DNA of 54,288 nt from a virus (IMGVR_UViG_2585427966_000002); one strand, 5' to 3'. Counted from the first letter of the stretch, positions 19,912 through 30,273 are shown. Translations and numbers: made by a program. The notes: generated by a model from the letters alone, not told the origin.

Positions 19912-20307
19912 GTGGGATTAAAGAAAATCGTTATGTTGACTTTTTGGGTCGGTTTTGTTGCGGGATGCACACCTTTACACCCTTCAGATTGCCACAAAAC
20001 TACTGCTACAGGTAGTTGCAGTTCAGGACGCTGGGATGATCAGGATGAATGGGGGGCGCAAGCGCGGGGAATCAGAGCTGCAATTAATGCCAAACTTGAT
20101 GAGCCGCATAACTGGAAAGGGAAAAAATGCAGGTTGCATATGGAATTCTCTCAGGATGGTACGGCGTTAAAAATATCTACCAGTAACGGTGATAAAGCCT
20201 ATTGCGAAGCGATAAAGTCCGCAGCTCATAAAGCCAAATTTCCGGCCTTCAACAATCCGGAAGTCTACAGAGATTTTCAGAAATCTGGCTTTGACATGCG
20301 AGGTTAG
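19912..20307 (+). CDS. Second lipoprotein with TolA C-terminal-like region, 131 aa (diverged paralogue)
   Basis: Lipobox VAGC; CRLHMEFSQDGTALKIS...AKFPAFNNPEVYRDFQKSGFDMRG parallels the preceding gene. Confidence 0.65.
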   Translation: MGLKKIVMLTFWVGFVAGCTPLHPSDCHKTTATGSCSSGRWDDQDEWGAQARGIRAAINAKLDEPHNWKGKKCRLHMEFSQDGTALKISTSNGDKAYCEAIKSAAHKAKFPAFNNPEVYRDFQKSGFDMRG

Positions 20308-20432
20308 CTCTTCAGTTACTATATCTCATTCATAGCAAACTGACAGATTTGATGATGTTCTATATACGAAACCTGTGATGTCAAGTCTGAGCTAATACAA
20401 ATAAACATAATATCAGAGAAATACATTTTATT

Positions 20433-20456
20433 AGCTCGCTACGGCGAGCTTTTTAT
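20433..20456 (+). terminator. Rho-independent terminator (agctcgc-tacg-gcgagct-ttttat)
   Basis: Read directly, downstream of the second lipoprotein gene. Confidence 0.5.
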
Positions 20457-20558
20457 ATTGCATCGTCTCCAGCATATATATCAATTAAGGCTCTGATTGA
20501 TGTGTCTGAAAGCCTACACATAATAACTATGCCATCCGTTCCGTGCGGAGGTGAGGCT

Positions 20559-20774
20559 ATGAAATCCATGGACAAAATTTCAACAGGCATTGCCTACGGC
20601 ACCTCCGCAGGCAGTGCTGGCTACTGGTTTTTACAGTTGCTCGATAGAGTAACTCCGTCACAGTGGGCTGCAATCGGTGTGCTGGGTAGTCTGGTATTTG
20701 GCCTGCTGACGTACCTGACAAACCTTTATTTCAAGATTAAAGAAGATAAGCGCAAGGCTGCGAGAGGTGAATAA
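20559..20774 (+). CDS. Holin (EssD/phage 21 S-like), 71 aa
   Basis: Track ORF 20502-20774 trimmed to [10 protein letters not shown] with GGAGGTGAGG RBS; TM segment; directly upstream of the endolysin. Confidence 0.8.
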   Translation: MKSMDKISTGIAYGTSAGSAGYWFLQLLDRVTPSQWAAIGVLGSLVFGLLTYLTNLYFKIKEDKRKAARGE

Positions 20775-21271
20775 TGCCTCCATCATTACGAAAAGTCGTT
20801 GCTGCTGCTATTGGTGGCGGAGCAATTGCTATAGCATCAGTGTTAATCACTGGCCCAAGTGGTAACGATGGTCTGGAAGGTGTCAGCTACATACCATACA
20901 AAGATATTGTTGGTGTATGGACTGTATGTCACGGGCATACAGGAAAAGACATCATGCTCGGTAAAACGTATACCAAAGCAGAATGCAAAACACTCTTGAA
21001 TAAAGACCTTGCCACGGTCGCCAGACAAATTAACCCGTACATCAAAGTCGATATACCGGAAACAACGCGCGGCGCTCTTTACTCATTCGTTTACAACGTG
21101 GGTGCTGGCAATTTCAGAACATCGACGCTTCTTCGCAAAATAAACCAGGGCGATATCAAAGGCGCATGTGATCAGCTACGTCGCTGGACATATGCTGGCG
21201 GTAAGCAATGGAAAGGTCTCATGACTCGTCGTGAGATTGAGCGTGAAATCTGTTTGTGGGGTCAGCAATGA
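20774..21271 (+). CDS. SAR-endolysin (phage lysozyme, RrrD-like), 165 aa
   Basis: N-terminal hydrophobic SAR segment; lysozyme-like sequence matching remembered RrrD; ATG overlaps the holin stop. Confidence 0.85.
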   Translation: MPPSLRKVVAAAIGGGAIAIASVLITGPSGNDGLEGVSYIPYKDIVGVWTVCHGHTGKDIMLGKTYTKAECKTLLNKDLATVARQINPYIKVDIPETTRGALYSFVYNVGAGNFRTSTLLRKINQGDIKGACDQLRRWTYAGGKQWKGLMTRREIEREICLWGQQ

Positions 21272-21732
21272 ACAGAGTAACCGCGATTATCTCCGCTCTG
21301 GTTATCTGCATCGTCGTCTGCCTGTCATGGGGTGTTAATCATTACCGTGATAACGCCATCGCCTACAAAGAACAGCGCGACAAAAATGCCAGAGAACTGA
21401 AGCTGGCGAACGCGGCAATTACTGACATGCAGATGCGTCAGCGTGATGTTGCTGCGCTCGATGCAAAATACACGAAGGAGTTAGCTGATGCGAAAGCTGA
21501 AAATGATGTTCTGCGTGATGATGTTGCCGCTGGTCGTCGTCGGTTGCACATCAAAGCAGTCTGTCAGTCAGTGCGTGAAGCCACCACCGCCTCCGGCGTG
21601 GATAATGCAGCCTCCCCCCGACTGGCAGACACCGCTGAACGGGATTATTTCACCCTCCGGGAACGACTGGTAATGATGCAGGCCCAACTTGAAGGTGCTC
21701 AGCAATACATAACCGAGCAGTGTTTAAAGTAA
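21268..21732 (+). CDS. rzpR: i-spanin Rz (153 aa)
   Basis: N-terminal TM, coiled-coil rest; Rz1 gene embedded in the +1 frame. Confidence 0.8.
   Translation: MNRVTAIISALVICIVVCLSWGVNHYRDNAIAYKEQRDKNARELKLANAAITDMQMRQRDVAALDAKYTKELADAKAENDVLRDDVAAGRRRLHIKAVCQSVREATTASGVDNAASPRLADTAERDYFTLRERLVMMQAQLEGAQQYITEQCLK
21488..21673 (+). CDS. rzoR: o-spanin Rz1 lipoprotein (61 aa), nested in Rz
   Basis: Lipobox VVGC and proline-rich stretch; entirely within the Rz gene in another frame. Confidence 0.75.
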   Translation: MRKLKMMFCVMMLPLVVVGCTSKQSVSQCVKPPPPPAWIMQPPPDWQTPLNGIISPSGNDW

Positions 21733-21869
21733 AATCTTAACTACAATATGATTCATTTTGATGATTGTTTCATAAGGAACAGTGAAGTAAGATCTAAGAG
21801 GAGTTAAATTTTATACAGTATAATCATAATATTGCAGCAAGGTGGTTATAATTGAAAGAATATTTAGAT

Positions 21870-23327
21870 ATGAATACATCTCATGTAAGAGTTGTTACTC
21901 ATATGTGTGGGTTCCTGGTTTGGCTCTATAGTCTTTCAATGTTGCCACCAATGGTTGTAGCATTGTTTTATAAAGAAAAAAGCCTGTTCGTTTTCTTTAT
22001 AACTTTCGTTATATTTTTTTGCATTGGTGGCGGAGCGTGGTATACAACTAAGAAATCTGGCATTCAATTACGTACCCGTGATGGGTTTATTATAATTGTA
22101 ATGTTTTGGATTTTGTTTTCTGTTATTAGTGCATTCCCTTTATGGATTGACTCAGAACTTAATTTAACGTTCATTGATGCTCTGTTTGAAGGGGTTTCTG
22201 GAATAACAACAACAGGAGCAACTGTAATTGATGATGTTAGTTCATTACCTCGGGCATATTTGTACTATCGGTCACAGTTAAATTTTATAGGTGGTTTAGG
22301 AGTTATTGTTCTGGCGGTTGCTGTATTGCCATTATTGGGTATTGGTGGTGCAAAGCTTTATCAGTCAGAAATGCCGGGGCCATTTAAGGATGACAAACTC
22401 ACTCCCCGCCTGGCCGATACGTCACGGACACTGTGGATAACTTATTCTTTATTAGGTATTGCTTGTATTGTCTGTTATAGACTTGCAGGAATGCCTTTGT
22501 TTGATGCTATTTGTCACGGGATTTCCACAGTTTCGCTTGGTGGTTTCTCAACTCATAGCGAGAGTATCGGATATTTTAATAACTATTTGGTTGAGCTGGT
22601 GGCTGGTTCTTTTTCCCTGCTATCGGCTTTCAACTTCACTCTTTGGTATATTGTTATTAGCAGGAAAACGATAAAACCTTTAATCAGAGATATTGAACTT
22701 CGTTTCTTTCTGTTAATAGCCTTAGGGGTGATCATTGTTACCTCTTTCCAGGTCTGGCATATAGGTATGTATGACTTGCATGGAAGTTTTATTCATTCGT
22801 TTTTTCTTGCCAGCTCCATGCTCACTGATAATGGTTTAGCTACGCAGGATTATGCAAGTTGGCCCACGCACACGATAGTGTTTTTGCTGTTGTCAAGTTT
22901 CTTTGGGGGATGTATAGGTTCAACTTGTGGTGGAATTAAGTCACTTCGATTTCTTATACTTTTCAAACAAAGCAAACACGAGATAAATCAGCTTTCTCAT
23001 CCCAGAGCGTTGTTGAGTGTAAATGTAGGAGGGAAGATAGTTACAGATCGTGTAATGAGGTCTGTATGGAGTTTCTTTTTTCTTTATACTCTCTTCACGG
23101 TGTTTTTTATACTGGTGTTAAATGGTATGGGATATGATTTTCTTACATCATTTGCAACAGTGGCTGCATGTATTAATAATATGGGATTAGGTTTTGGGGC
23201 TACTGCATCGTCATTCGGAGTGCTTAATGACATTGCAAAATGTTTAATGTGCATAGCTATGATTCTTGGTCGCCTTGAAATTTATCCTGTTATTATATTG
23301 TTTTCAGGTTTTTTTTGGCGCTCCTAA
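21870..23327 (+). CDS. trkG: TrkG potassium uptake protein (485 aa)
   Basis: Multi-TM transporter matching remembered TrkG; AT-rich; track ORF 21852 trimmed to MNTSHVRV. Confidence 0.9.
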   Translation: MNTSHVRVVTHMCGFLVWLYSLSMLPPMVVALFYKEKSLFVFFITFVIFFCIGGGAWYTTKKSGIQLRTRDGFIIIVMFWILFSVISAFPLWIDSELNLTFIDALFEGVSGITTTGATVIDDVSSLPRAYLYYRSQLNFIGGLGVIVLAVAVLPLLGIGGAKLYQSEMPGPFKDDKLTPRLADTSRTLWITYSLLGIACIVCYRLAGMPLFDAICHGISTVSLGGFSTHSESIGYFNNYLVELVAGSFSLLSAFNFTLWYIVISRKTIKPLIRDIELRFFLLIALGVIIVTSFQVWHIGMYDLHGSFIHSFFLASSMLTDNGLATQDYASWPTHTIVFLLLSSFFGGCIGSTCGGIKSLRFLILFKQSKHEINQLSHPRALLSVNVGGKIVTDRVMRSVWSFFFLYTLFTVFFILVLNGMGYDFLTSFATVAACINNMGLGFGATASSFGVLNDIAKCLMCIAMILGRLEIYPVIILFSGFFWRS

Positions 23328-23464
23328 TATATGGCTGATTTATAATTGTGAGTTTAATATTATGTTGACTCACTCATTGATCCAATACCTAACTTTACCA
23401 GCAACCCCTCCGTCCCCAGTAGCACTGGCTGCTGGGGTGCGTTTTATTCATAAAGCAAGGCTGT

Positions 23465-24256
23465 ATGAGCGAGAAATTAAAGATAGTCTATCGCCCATTA
23501 CAAGAATTGTCACCGTATGCGCACAACGCCAGGACGCACAGCCCTGAGCAGGTGGCACAACTGGTAGAAAGTATTAAGCAATTCGGCTGGACTAATCCGG
23601 TGCTGATTGACGAAAAGGGCGAAATTATTGCGGGTCACGGTCGTGTTATGGCGGCTGAAATGCTCAAAATGGATTCTGTTCCGGTCATTGTTCTGTCTGG
23701 CCTGACGGATGAGCAGAAAAAGGCGTACCGCCTGGCAGATAATCGCCTGCCGATGAATGCTGGCTGGGATGAAGATCTGTTGCGGATGGAGCTGTCGGAC
23801 CTAATCAATGCTGATTTTGATGTCTCCCTGACAGGCTTCATCCCGACAGAAATTGATGAACTGTTGACGGATGTTTTGCCCGGTACAGGAAATGAGGAGG
23901 AGCCGTATACGACGAAAATTGATACGCCTGTTTATGAGCCGTCGGGCGGTAAACCGGATATCAGTGAACTGTACGACGATACGAAAACTCAGGAGCTGAT
24001 CAGCCGGATACGTTCGGCGTCCCTTGAGCCTGATATTGAGAAATTCCTCCTGTGTGCGGCAGAACGTCACACGGTGTTTAATTTCAGCAGAATTGCGGAC
24101 TATTACGCTCACGCCCCCTCTGAAATTCAGTGTTTTTTCGAGGAGTCGGCGCTGGTGATCATTGATTATCAGCAGGCTATTGAAAATGGATTTGTCCGGA
24201 TGACGCAGCGCATGGTGGAGATCATGCATGGTGGTGAGGAGGAGGAATATGCGTGA
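23465..24256 (+). CDS. ynaK: ParB-like nuclease domain protein (263 aa)
   Basis: N-terminal ParB/Srx-like region (YRPLQELSPYAHNARTHSPEQV...IIAGHGRVMAA); acidic C-terminus. The ynaK name is from memory of K-12, where I recall only an N-terminal fragment. Confidence 0.75.
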   Translation: MSEKLKIVYRPLQELSPYAHNARTHSPEQVAQLVESIKQFGWTNPVLIDEKGEIIAGHGRVMAAEMLKMDSVPVIVLSGLTDEQKKAYRLADNRLPMNAGWDEDLLRMELSDLINADFDVSLTGFIPTEIDELLTDVLPGTGNEEEPYTTKIDTPVYEPSGGKPDISELYDDTKTQELISRIRSASLEPDIEKFLLCAAERHTVFNFSRIADYYAHAPSEIQCFFEESALVIIDYQQAIENGFVRMTQRMVEIMHGGEEEEYA

Positions 24257-25181
24257 TGATTTTTGCGCCTTTATTCTGACTCACGGGCGACCGGACAAAG
24301 TTCTGACTTACCGGACGTTGCGTCGTGCTGGCTATACCGGGAAAATTTTTATCGTTGTTGATGATGAAGATAAGACACGGAATCAGTACATGGCTGAATT
24401 TGGTGAACAGGTGCTGGTGTTTTCCAAAGCCGATATCGCCAGTCGTTTTGACGAAGCCGATAATTTCTGTGACCGCCGCTCAATTTTTTACGCCCGTAAT
24501 GCCTGTTTCGACCTGGCAAAACTGGTCGGGTGTAAATACTTCATTCAGCTCGATGATGATTATCACGAGTTCCAGTTTCGGGTGGATCGCAACTATGACC
24601 AGGCCTATTTTCCGATAAGGAAACTGGATGCGATCCTTTCTGAAATGCTGGCGTACTACGAATCAATACCTGCTCTTTCCATCGCTATGTCGCAGGGCGG
24701 GGATTTTCTTGGTGACAATGGCGGCCATGCTTCGTGGGTGAAACGCAAGGCAATGAACAGCTTTATCTGTTCGGTTGATCGACCGTTCTCATTCATGGGG
24801 CGCATTAACGAGGATGTGAATACGTACACGAATCTCGGTCGCTGTGGTGAATTGTTTATGACGATCGGTGCTGTCCAGTTAGGGCAGAAACAGACGCAGA
24901 AAAACAGCGGCGGAATGACCGAGCTGTATCTGGATTCCGGAACCTACGTTAAAAGTTTTTACTCCGTCATGTATGCGCCGTCGTGCGTAAAAATCTCACT
25001 GATGGGTGCCAGCCATAAACGCATTCACCATCAGGTCACCTGGAACAACGCTGCAGTAAAAATCCTTCACGAAAAATACAGGAAGAAGACACCCTGCATA
25101 TCAATGGGGGTGACAAATGATTCCGTATTCGAAAGTCGAGTCTCTGGCAGCGTGCCGGATGACTGCACAACAAATCGCTGA
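24249..25181 (+). CDS. ydaY: Hypothetical protein with GT-A-like features (310 aa; YdaY-like)
   Basis: FIVVDDEDK and QLDDDY (DXD-like) motifs; glycosyltransferase assignment is weak; ydaY name from memory. Confidence 0.55.
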   Translation: MRDDFCAFILTHGRPDKVLTYRTLRRAGYTGKIFIVVDDEDKTRNQYMAEFGEQVLVFSKADIASRFDEADNFCDRRSIFYARNACFDLAKLVGCKYFIQLDDDYHEFQFRVDRNYDQAYFPIRKLDAILSEMLAYYESIPALSIAMSQGGDFLGDNGGHASWVKRKAMNSFICSVDRPFSFMGRINEDVNTYTNLGRCGELFMTIGAVQLGQKQTQKNSGGMTELYLDSGTYVKSFYSVMYAPSCVKISLMGASHKRIHHQVTWNNAAVKILHEKYRKKTPCISMGVTNDSVFESRVSGSVPDDCTTNR

Positions 25182-25368
25182 CGTTCTGGATGTTGATCTG
25201 AACCGACTGAAAGAAAATCGGGAAGCAATGACAGATTTTTATGCGGCCATCCGTAAGGGCAGAGCGAAAGGTGAAGCCGAGTTACGAGCGGCATTGTTTA
25301 AGCTTGCCAGAAAAGGGGATGCCTTTGCTCTGCGCGAACTACTCAGGGTGGATAAAAATCAGGACTAA
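25159..25368 (+). CDS. Small HTH-like protein (about 69 aa; start uncertain)
   Basis: Track ORF 25117-25368; MTAQQIADVLDVDL suggests HTH; overlaps the preceding gene. Confidence 0.35.
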   Translation: MTAQQIADVLDVDLNRLKENREAMTDFYAAIRKGRAKGEAELRAALFKLARKGDAFALRELLRVDKNQD

Positions 25369-25371
25369 CTG

Positions 25372-26466
25372 ATGAGCAGACCGGACTGGGGGGCGTTGCA
25401 GCAGGAGTATATTGCTGAATACACCCGCTCCGGTATATCTCCGGTGGCATGGTGTGAAGCAAGGGGACTGAATTACGCAACAGCCCGTCGTTACATCAAA
25501 AAAACTCCGAAAAATGCGCAGACAGAAATGTGCAAAACTGCGCAAAAAAGTGCGCAGAAAAAATCTGCGCAGACTGCACAAAAGCGGAACGAAAAATCTC
25601 AGGAAAAAAAGCCAGTATTCGATGCGGGCCTGAATGAGGGCGACGCGGAGGAATTTTCGTTCTGTCCCGATGAATTCGGCATTTCTGACCAGCAGGCTAA
25701 GTTTGCGATGCTTGTTGCTCAGGGTAAAAAGCCGACAGAGGCGTACCGACTAGCCGGTTATGAGGGGCAAGGTGCGACAGCTAACAGCAACGCCAGTCGT
25801 ATGCTTAGAAATGCCAGGGTTTTTCGCGCTATCAGCTACTTCCGCAATCAGTACCAGAAACGCTATACCGCAGACCTGGATTTACTAGTGAGTCAGTTGA
25901 TGGCTATTGTCCTGGCCGACCCCAATCAGCTTGCACAATTTCGCCGTGTTAACTGCCGTTATTGCTGGGGCGAGAATCATCTCTACCAGTGGCGCGATAT
26001 AGCAGAATTCGACAAGGCAGCGGCGCAGGCTTCCAGAGATGGCAAACCCGAACCGGAATATGGAGGCCTCGGCTTTGTTGATAACGCCATACCCAATCCG
26101 GACTGCCCGAAGTGCTGCGGTGAGGGAACGGGACAGCTTTATATGGCTGATACCACTCTGCTTGATGGGGATGCGCGGCAATTATATGCAGGGGCAAAAT
26201 TCGGAAAATTCGGCGTTGAGATCCTGCTGGAGGATAAGGCTGCCGCCCGGCGTGAATTGTTGCGTTTGTTTTCTGCTGGCGGGGCTTTATGTGCAGATAA
26301 ACGGCTACAGGAACTGGAAATTGAACGGCGCAGAATGGAAAACCAGAAGCTGCGCAAAGAGATCGAAACGGTGGAAGATAATGAACATCCCCAGCCTGTG
26401 GCGATCAATATTAATGTGGTTGATGCCAGAGTAAGGAGTGATGAAGATGATCTCTCCGACGCTTAA
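25372..26466 (+). CDS. Terminase small subunit (364 aa)
   Basis: Position before the terminase large subunit; N-terminal HTH-like region; family assigned from memory. Confidence 0.6.
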   Translation: MSRPDWGALQQEYIAEYTRSGISPVAWCEARGLNYATARRYIKKTPKNAQTEMCKTAQKSAQKKSAQTAQKRNEKSQEKKPVFDAGLNEGDAEEFSFCPDEFGISDQQAKFAMLVAQGKKPTEAYRLAGYEGQGATANSNASRMLRNARVFRAISYFRNQYQKRYTADLDLLVSQLMAIVLADPNQLAQFRRVNCRYCWGENHLYQWRDIAEFDKAAAQASRDGKPEPEYGGLGFVDNAIPNPDCPKCCGEGTGQLYMADTTLLDGDARQLYAGAKFGKFGVEILLEDKAAARRELLRLFSAGGALCADKRLQELEIERRRMENQKLRKEIETVEDNEHPQPVAININVVDARVRSDEDDLSDA

Positions 26467-27748
26467 TGTGCCTCAGGCGCGATTTCTTTCAATGCCCCAT
26501 AAATTTAAAGCCTATATTGCTGGTTTTGGCTCGGGCAAAACATGGGTTGGGTGTGGCGGCATATGCAAGGGGATTTGGGAGCATCCAGGTATAAATCAGG
26601 GATATTTTGCGCCAACGTATCCCCAAATTCGCGATATTTTTTACCCTACAGTGGAAGAAGTTGCTGCTGACTGGGGATTGAACGTAAAAATTAATGAGGG
26701 AAATAAAGAGGTTCACTTTTATTACGGACGCCAGTATCGGGGAACCACTATCTGCAGATCGATGGAGAAGCCACAAACGATCGTCGGTTTCAAAATTGGT
26801 AATGCGTTGGTGGATGAACTGGACATTTTGCCGAAGGAAAAAGCCAGAACGGCGTGGCGCAAGATAATTGCACGTATGCGTTATAAGATTGATGGACTTC
26901 GCAACGGTATTGACGTTACAACCACGCCGGAAGGATTCAAATTTGTCTACGAGCAGTTTGTTAAAGCCGTGCGTGAAAAAACAGAGCTGGCCTCACTGTA
27001 TGGTCTGGTGCAGGCATCTACTTTCGATAATGAAAAGAACCTGCCAGCAGATTACATTCCTTCGCTTCTTGAATCATACCCTCCAGAGCTGATTAAAGCC
27101 TATCTTCGAGGACAGTTTACTAACCTGACAAGTGGTACTGTTTACCATCAGTTTGACCGGAAACTGAATAATTGCGAAGAAGTGGAGCAGCCAGGGGAGC
27201 CGATTTATATTGGGATGGATTTTAACGTTGGAAAGATGGCGGGAATCGTCCATGTGCTGCGTTTGGGGCTTCCATGTGCGGTAACTGAAATCATCAATGC
27301 CTACGATACGCCGGATATGATCCGCATCATTAAAGAACGCTTCTGGCTGTATGATGGGAATGATTACCGGAAAGTGAGGGAAATTTATATTTATCCAGAT
27401 GCTTCCGGGGATTCCAGAAAATCAAGTAACGCAAGTACGACGGATATAGCCCAGCTTAAGCAGGCTGGTTTTAACGTTGTGGTGAACAGCTCGAACCCGC
27501 CAGTAAAAGATCGCGTTAACTCAATGAATGCAATGTTCTGCAATGCCAATGGTGAGCGTCGCTATAAAGTTAATGTGAAGCGTTGCCCGTTATATGCCGA
27601 ATCTCTGGAGCAACAGGTCTGGGATGAGAAGGGGGAGCCTGATAAAAAATCTGGCAATGATCACCCGAATGATGCAGGAGGTTATTTCATCGTTAAGCAA
27701 TTCCCTATTGTCAAACCGACCGGAAGAGTCACATCACTTCGGATTTAA
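26438..27748 (+). CDS. Terminase large subunit (436 aa)
   Basis: Walker A-like AGFGSGKTW near the N-terminus; acidic nuclease-like C-terminal region. Confidence 0.8.
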   Translation: MMKMISPTLNVPQARFLSMPHKFKAYIAGFGSGKTWVGCGGICKGIWEHPGINQGYFAPTYPQIRDIFYPTVEEVAADWGLNVKINEGNKEVHFYYGRQYRGTTICRSMEKPQTIVGFKIGNALVDELDILPKEKARTAWRKIIARMRYKIDGLRNGIDVTTTPEGFKFVYEQFVKAVREKTELASLYGLVQASTFDNEKNLPADYIPSLLESYPPELIKAYLRGQFTNLTSGTVYHQFDRKLNNCEEVEQPGEPIYIGMDFNVGKMAGIVHVLRLGLPCAVTEIINAYDTPDMIRIIKERFWLYDGNDYRKVREIYIYPDASGDSRKSSNASTTDIAQLKQAGFNVVVNSSNPPVKDRVNSMNAMFCNANGERRYKVNVKRCPLYAESLEQQVWDEKGEPDKKSGNDHPNDAGGYFIVKQFPIVKPTGRVTSLRI

Positions 27749-27750
27749 TT

Positions 27751-29157
27751 ATGGCTGATATATCAACACCCAACCTCGACTATAACGATATGCTGGAGGC
27801 GTGGGATATTAACGACGCACTGATGGGCGGTACGCTTGAAATGCGCAGGCAGGGGGAAAATTATCTCCCAAAATGGCCTAACGAAGATGAAGACGCTTAT
27901 AAAAAACGCCTGTCTGTGGCTACGCTACTTCCTGTGTATGAAGAAAGCATCAAGCAAAATATTGGGCGCATATTTGCAGAGCCGACAGTATTGAGTGAGG
28001 AAACGCCGGCAAAAATCAGGGAATATGCAGAAAATATCGACATGGAGGGGAGCCGACTGGATGTGTGGGCCCAGCAATTTTTCAGCCTCGCATTTCAGTA
28101 TGGTGTGGCACATGCGCTGGTGGACTATCCACGAACGGATATGAAAGAGATTCGTACAAAAGCCGATGAAAACGCGACCGGTGGTCGTCCGTACGTTACG
28201 ATGCTGAATCCACGCCAGGTTATTGGATGGAAATCGAAAGTTGAAAAAGGGAAAGTTGTTCTCACTGATTTGCGTATAAAAGAGGTCATCATTATTGATG
28301 GTGATGATTTCGGGCAGAAGAAGGTGGAGCAGATCCGCCATATTATGCCCCGTCGAGTTGAAATTTATCGACGTAGCGAAGGCACTAATGGCGAATCTGT
28401 CTGGACGCTTCATGAGTCATGGAATACCAGCCGTGATGATATTCCTCTGGTAACACTGTACACGAAGAAAACAGGATTTATGCGTGGTACACCGCCATTG
28501 CTTAATCTTGGCTTGCTGAATATCAAGCACTGGCAAAGCCAGAGCGAGCAGGACAATATTCTTCATGTTACCCGCGTTCCATTGCTGGTGGCCTACGGGC
28601 TGGACAGGAATGAAGAACTGACGGTTGGTGCATCCACCGCTACGATTTTTGAGGACAGAACAAAAAATGGCCTCGAATATGTTGAACATAGTGGCGCAGC
28701 GATAGAATCTGGCGAAACATCACTTGAGAAGCTGGAAAATCAGATGCGTCATGCCGGCGCTAAACTTCTGCGTGCTGAAAATACATCCACCAAATCTGTT
28801 GATCAGACTAATGAAGAGCGAATGCAGGAAAACTCGCCGCTTTATACAATGGCGAACTCCCTCGAAGATGCCCTCGATAATATTCTCCAGATAATGGCGG
28901 AATGGATCGGAGAGAGTTGCGGTGGCAATGTGGATGTGCGCACTGAACTGGATGTATCTGCCCAGGTGTTTGACTCATCCTCCGCGCTGGCTGTTCAGTC
29001 ATTGCGTCAGGGCGGTGATATACGTCAGATTGATGCGGTTCGGGTGTTGCAGGCGTTGAAATTTATCGATCAGGATTCCCGTCCAGAGGAAGTGATCGAT
29101 GAATTAAAAAATCAGAGTGTAATGCTGATGGAAATCAATGATGCAAACCGTGAATGA
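27751..29157 (+). CDS. Portal protein (468 aa)
   Basis: Size and position immediately after the terminase large subunit. Confidence 0.65.
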   Translation: MADISTPNLDYNDMLEAWDINDALMGGTLEMRRQGENYLPKWPNEDEDAYKKRLSVATLLPVYEESIKQNIGRIFAEPTVLSEETPAKIREYAENIDMEGSRLDVWAQQFFSLAFQYGVAHALVDYPRTDMKEIRTKADENATGGRPYVTMLNPRQVIGWKSKVEKGKVVLTDLRIKEVIIIDGDDFGQKKVEQIRHIMPRRVEIYRRSEGTNGESVWTLHESWNTSRDDIPLVTLYTKKTGFMRGTPPLLNLGLLNIKHWQSQSEQDNILHVTRVPLLVAYGLDRNEELTVGASTATIFEDRTKNGLEYVEHSGAAIESGETSLEKLENQMRHAGAKLLRAENTSTKSVDQTNEERMQENSPLYTMANSLEDALDNILQIMAEWIGESCGGNVDVRTELDVSAQVFDSSSALAVQSLRQGGDIRQIDAVRVLQALKFIDQDSRPEEVIDELKNQSVMLMEINDANRE

Positions 29158-30253
29158 ACGGCTGCGTGATGAATCAATTGCTCATGCAGTCTGGATATCC
29201 CGCTATAGCACTGGCGTGGCTGCCAGAATGGTGAAAATACTGAATGACAGCGATGCGGAACTTACTGCTCGCCTGCTGATAGCACTGGACAGCCTCGATC
29301 CAGGTAATTTTACCGTTAAGCGCCTGGAGTCACTTCTGGCGAGCGTCAGAAAGGTTAACCGCACTGCTATTAACAGCATGTTTACCAGTCTCTCCGGAGA
29401 GCTGAACGAGCTGGCAATTTATGAGGCTGGTTATCAGTTAAGTCTGTTTGATTCTATGCTACCTGATTTTGTTGCTGATGTTCACCCTCTGGTTGGTATC
29501 TCTCCTGATGCACTTTATGCCGCTGCAATGGCGCGACCATTCCAGGGACGACTGCTCAGTGAGTGGGCCTCAGATCTTGAGGCGGATCGGCTCAGACGCA
29601 TAACAAATACAGTGCGTCAGGGTTTTTTGCTGGGGGATACCAATGAGCAGATCGCAAGAAAAATTCGGGGACATGTCAGTAAGGGATTTCAGGATGGTGC
29701 ATTGCAGATGAGCCGGGCTAATGCGGCCAGCATTGCAAAAACAGCGGTTGGACATCTTGCTGCTACTGCCCGTGAGAGTTTTGCCAGCGCGAATAATGAT
29801 TTGATTAAGGGTAAGCAATGGTTATCAACGCTTGATAATCGTACTACGCCACAATGTCGAATCAGGGATCGCCTCAAATATACGCTGAATAATAAACCTG
29901 TAGGTCACAGCGTGCCTTATTTGCAGGGGCCGGGAAAAATTCATTTCTGCTGCCGCTCAACGGAAACGTTCATTCTGAAATCAGCGAAGGAACTGGGTAT
30001 TGATGTTCGCGATATTTCCCCGGCTGAGCGGGCCAGCATGGATGGCGTGGTGGCCGGAGATACAACCTACAGGGAATGGTTTTTGCGTCAGCCTTACACC
30101 AGACAAAAACAGATTGTGGGGGAAACCCGAGCAAAGCTGATTCGGGATGGTGGTATGTCGCCAGATGAATTTTACACCGATAAAGGCGAATGGCTGACGC
30201 TGAAGCAGCTCCGTGAGCGTGATGCACAGGTATTCAGAAAAGCAGGGATTTAA
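29138..30253 (+). CDS. Head morphogenesis protein (371 aa)
   Basis: Position after the portal; overlapping start. Confidence 0.55.
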   Translation: MMQTVNERLRDESIAHAVWISRYSTGVAARMVKILNDSDAELTARLLIALDSLDPGNFTVKRLESLLASVRKVNRTAINSMFTSLSGELNELAIYEAGYQLSLFDSMLPDFVADVHPLVGISPDALYAAAMARPFQGRLLSEWASDLEADRLRRITNTVRQGFLLGDTNEQIARKIRGHVSKGFQDGALQMSRANAASIAKTAVGHLAATARESFASANNDLIKGKQWLSTLDNRTTPQCRIRDRLKYTLNNKPVGHSVPYLQGPGKIHFCCRSTETFILKSAKELGIDVRDISPAERASMDGVVAGDTTYREWFLRQPYTRQKQIVGETRAKLIRDGGMSPDEFYTDKGEWLTLKQLRERDAQVFRKAGI

Positions 30254-30273
30254 ATAAATCATTTATTACAACA

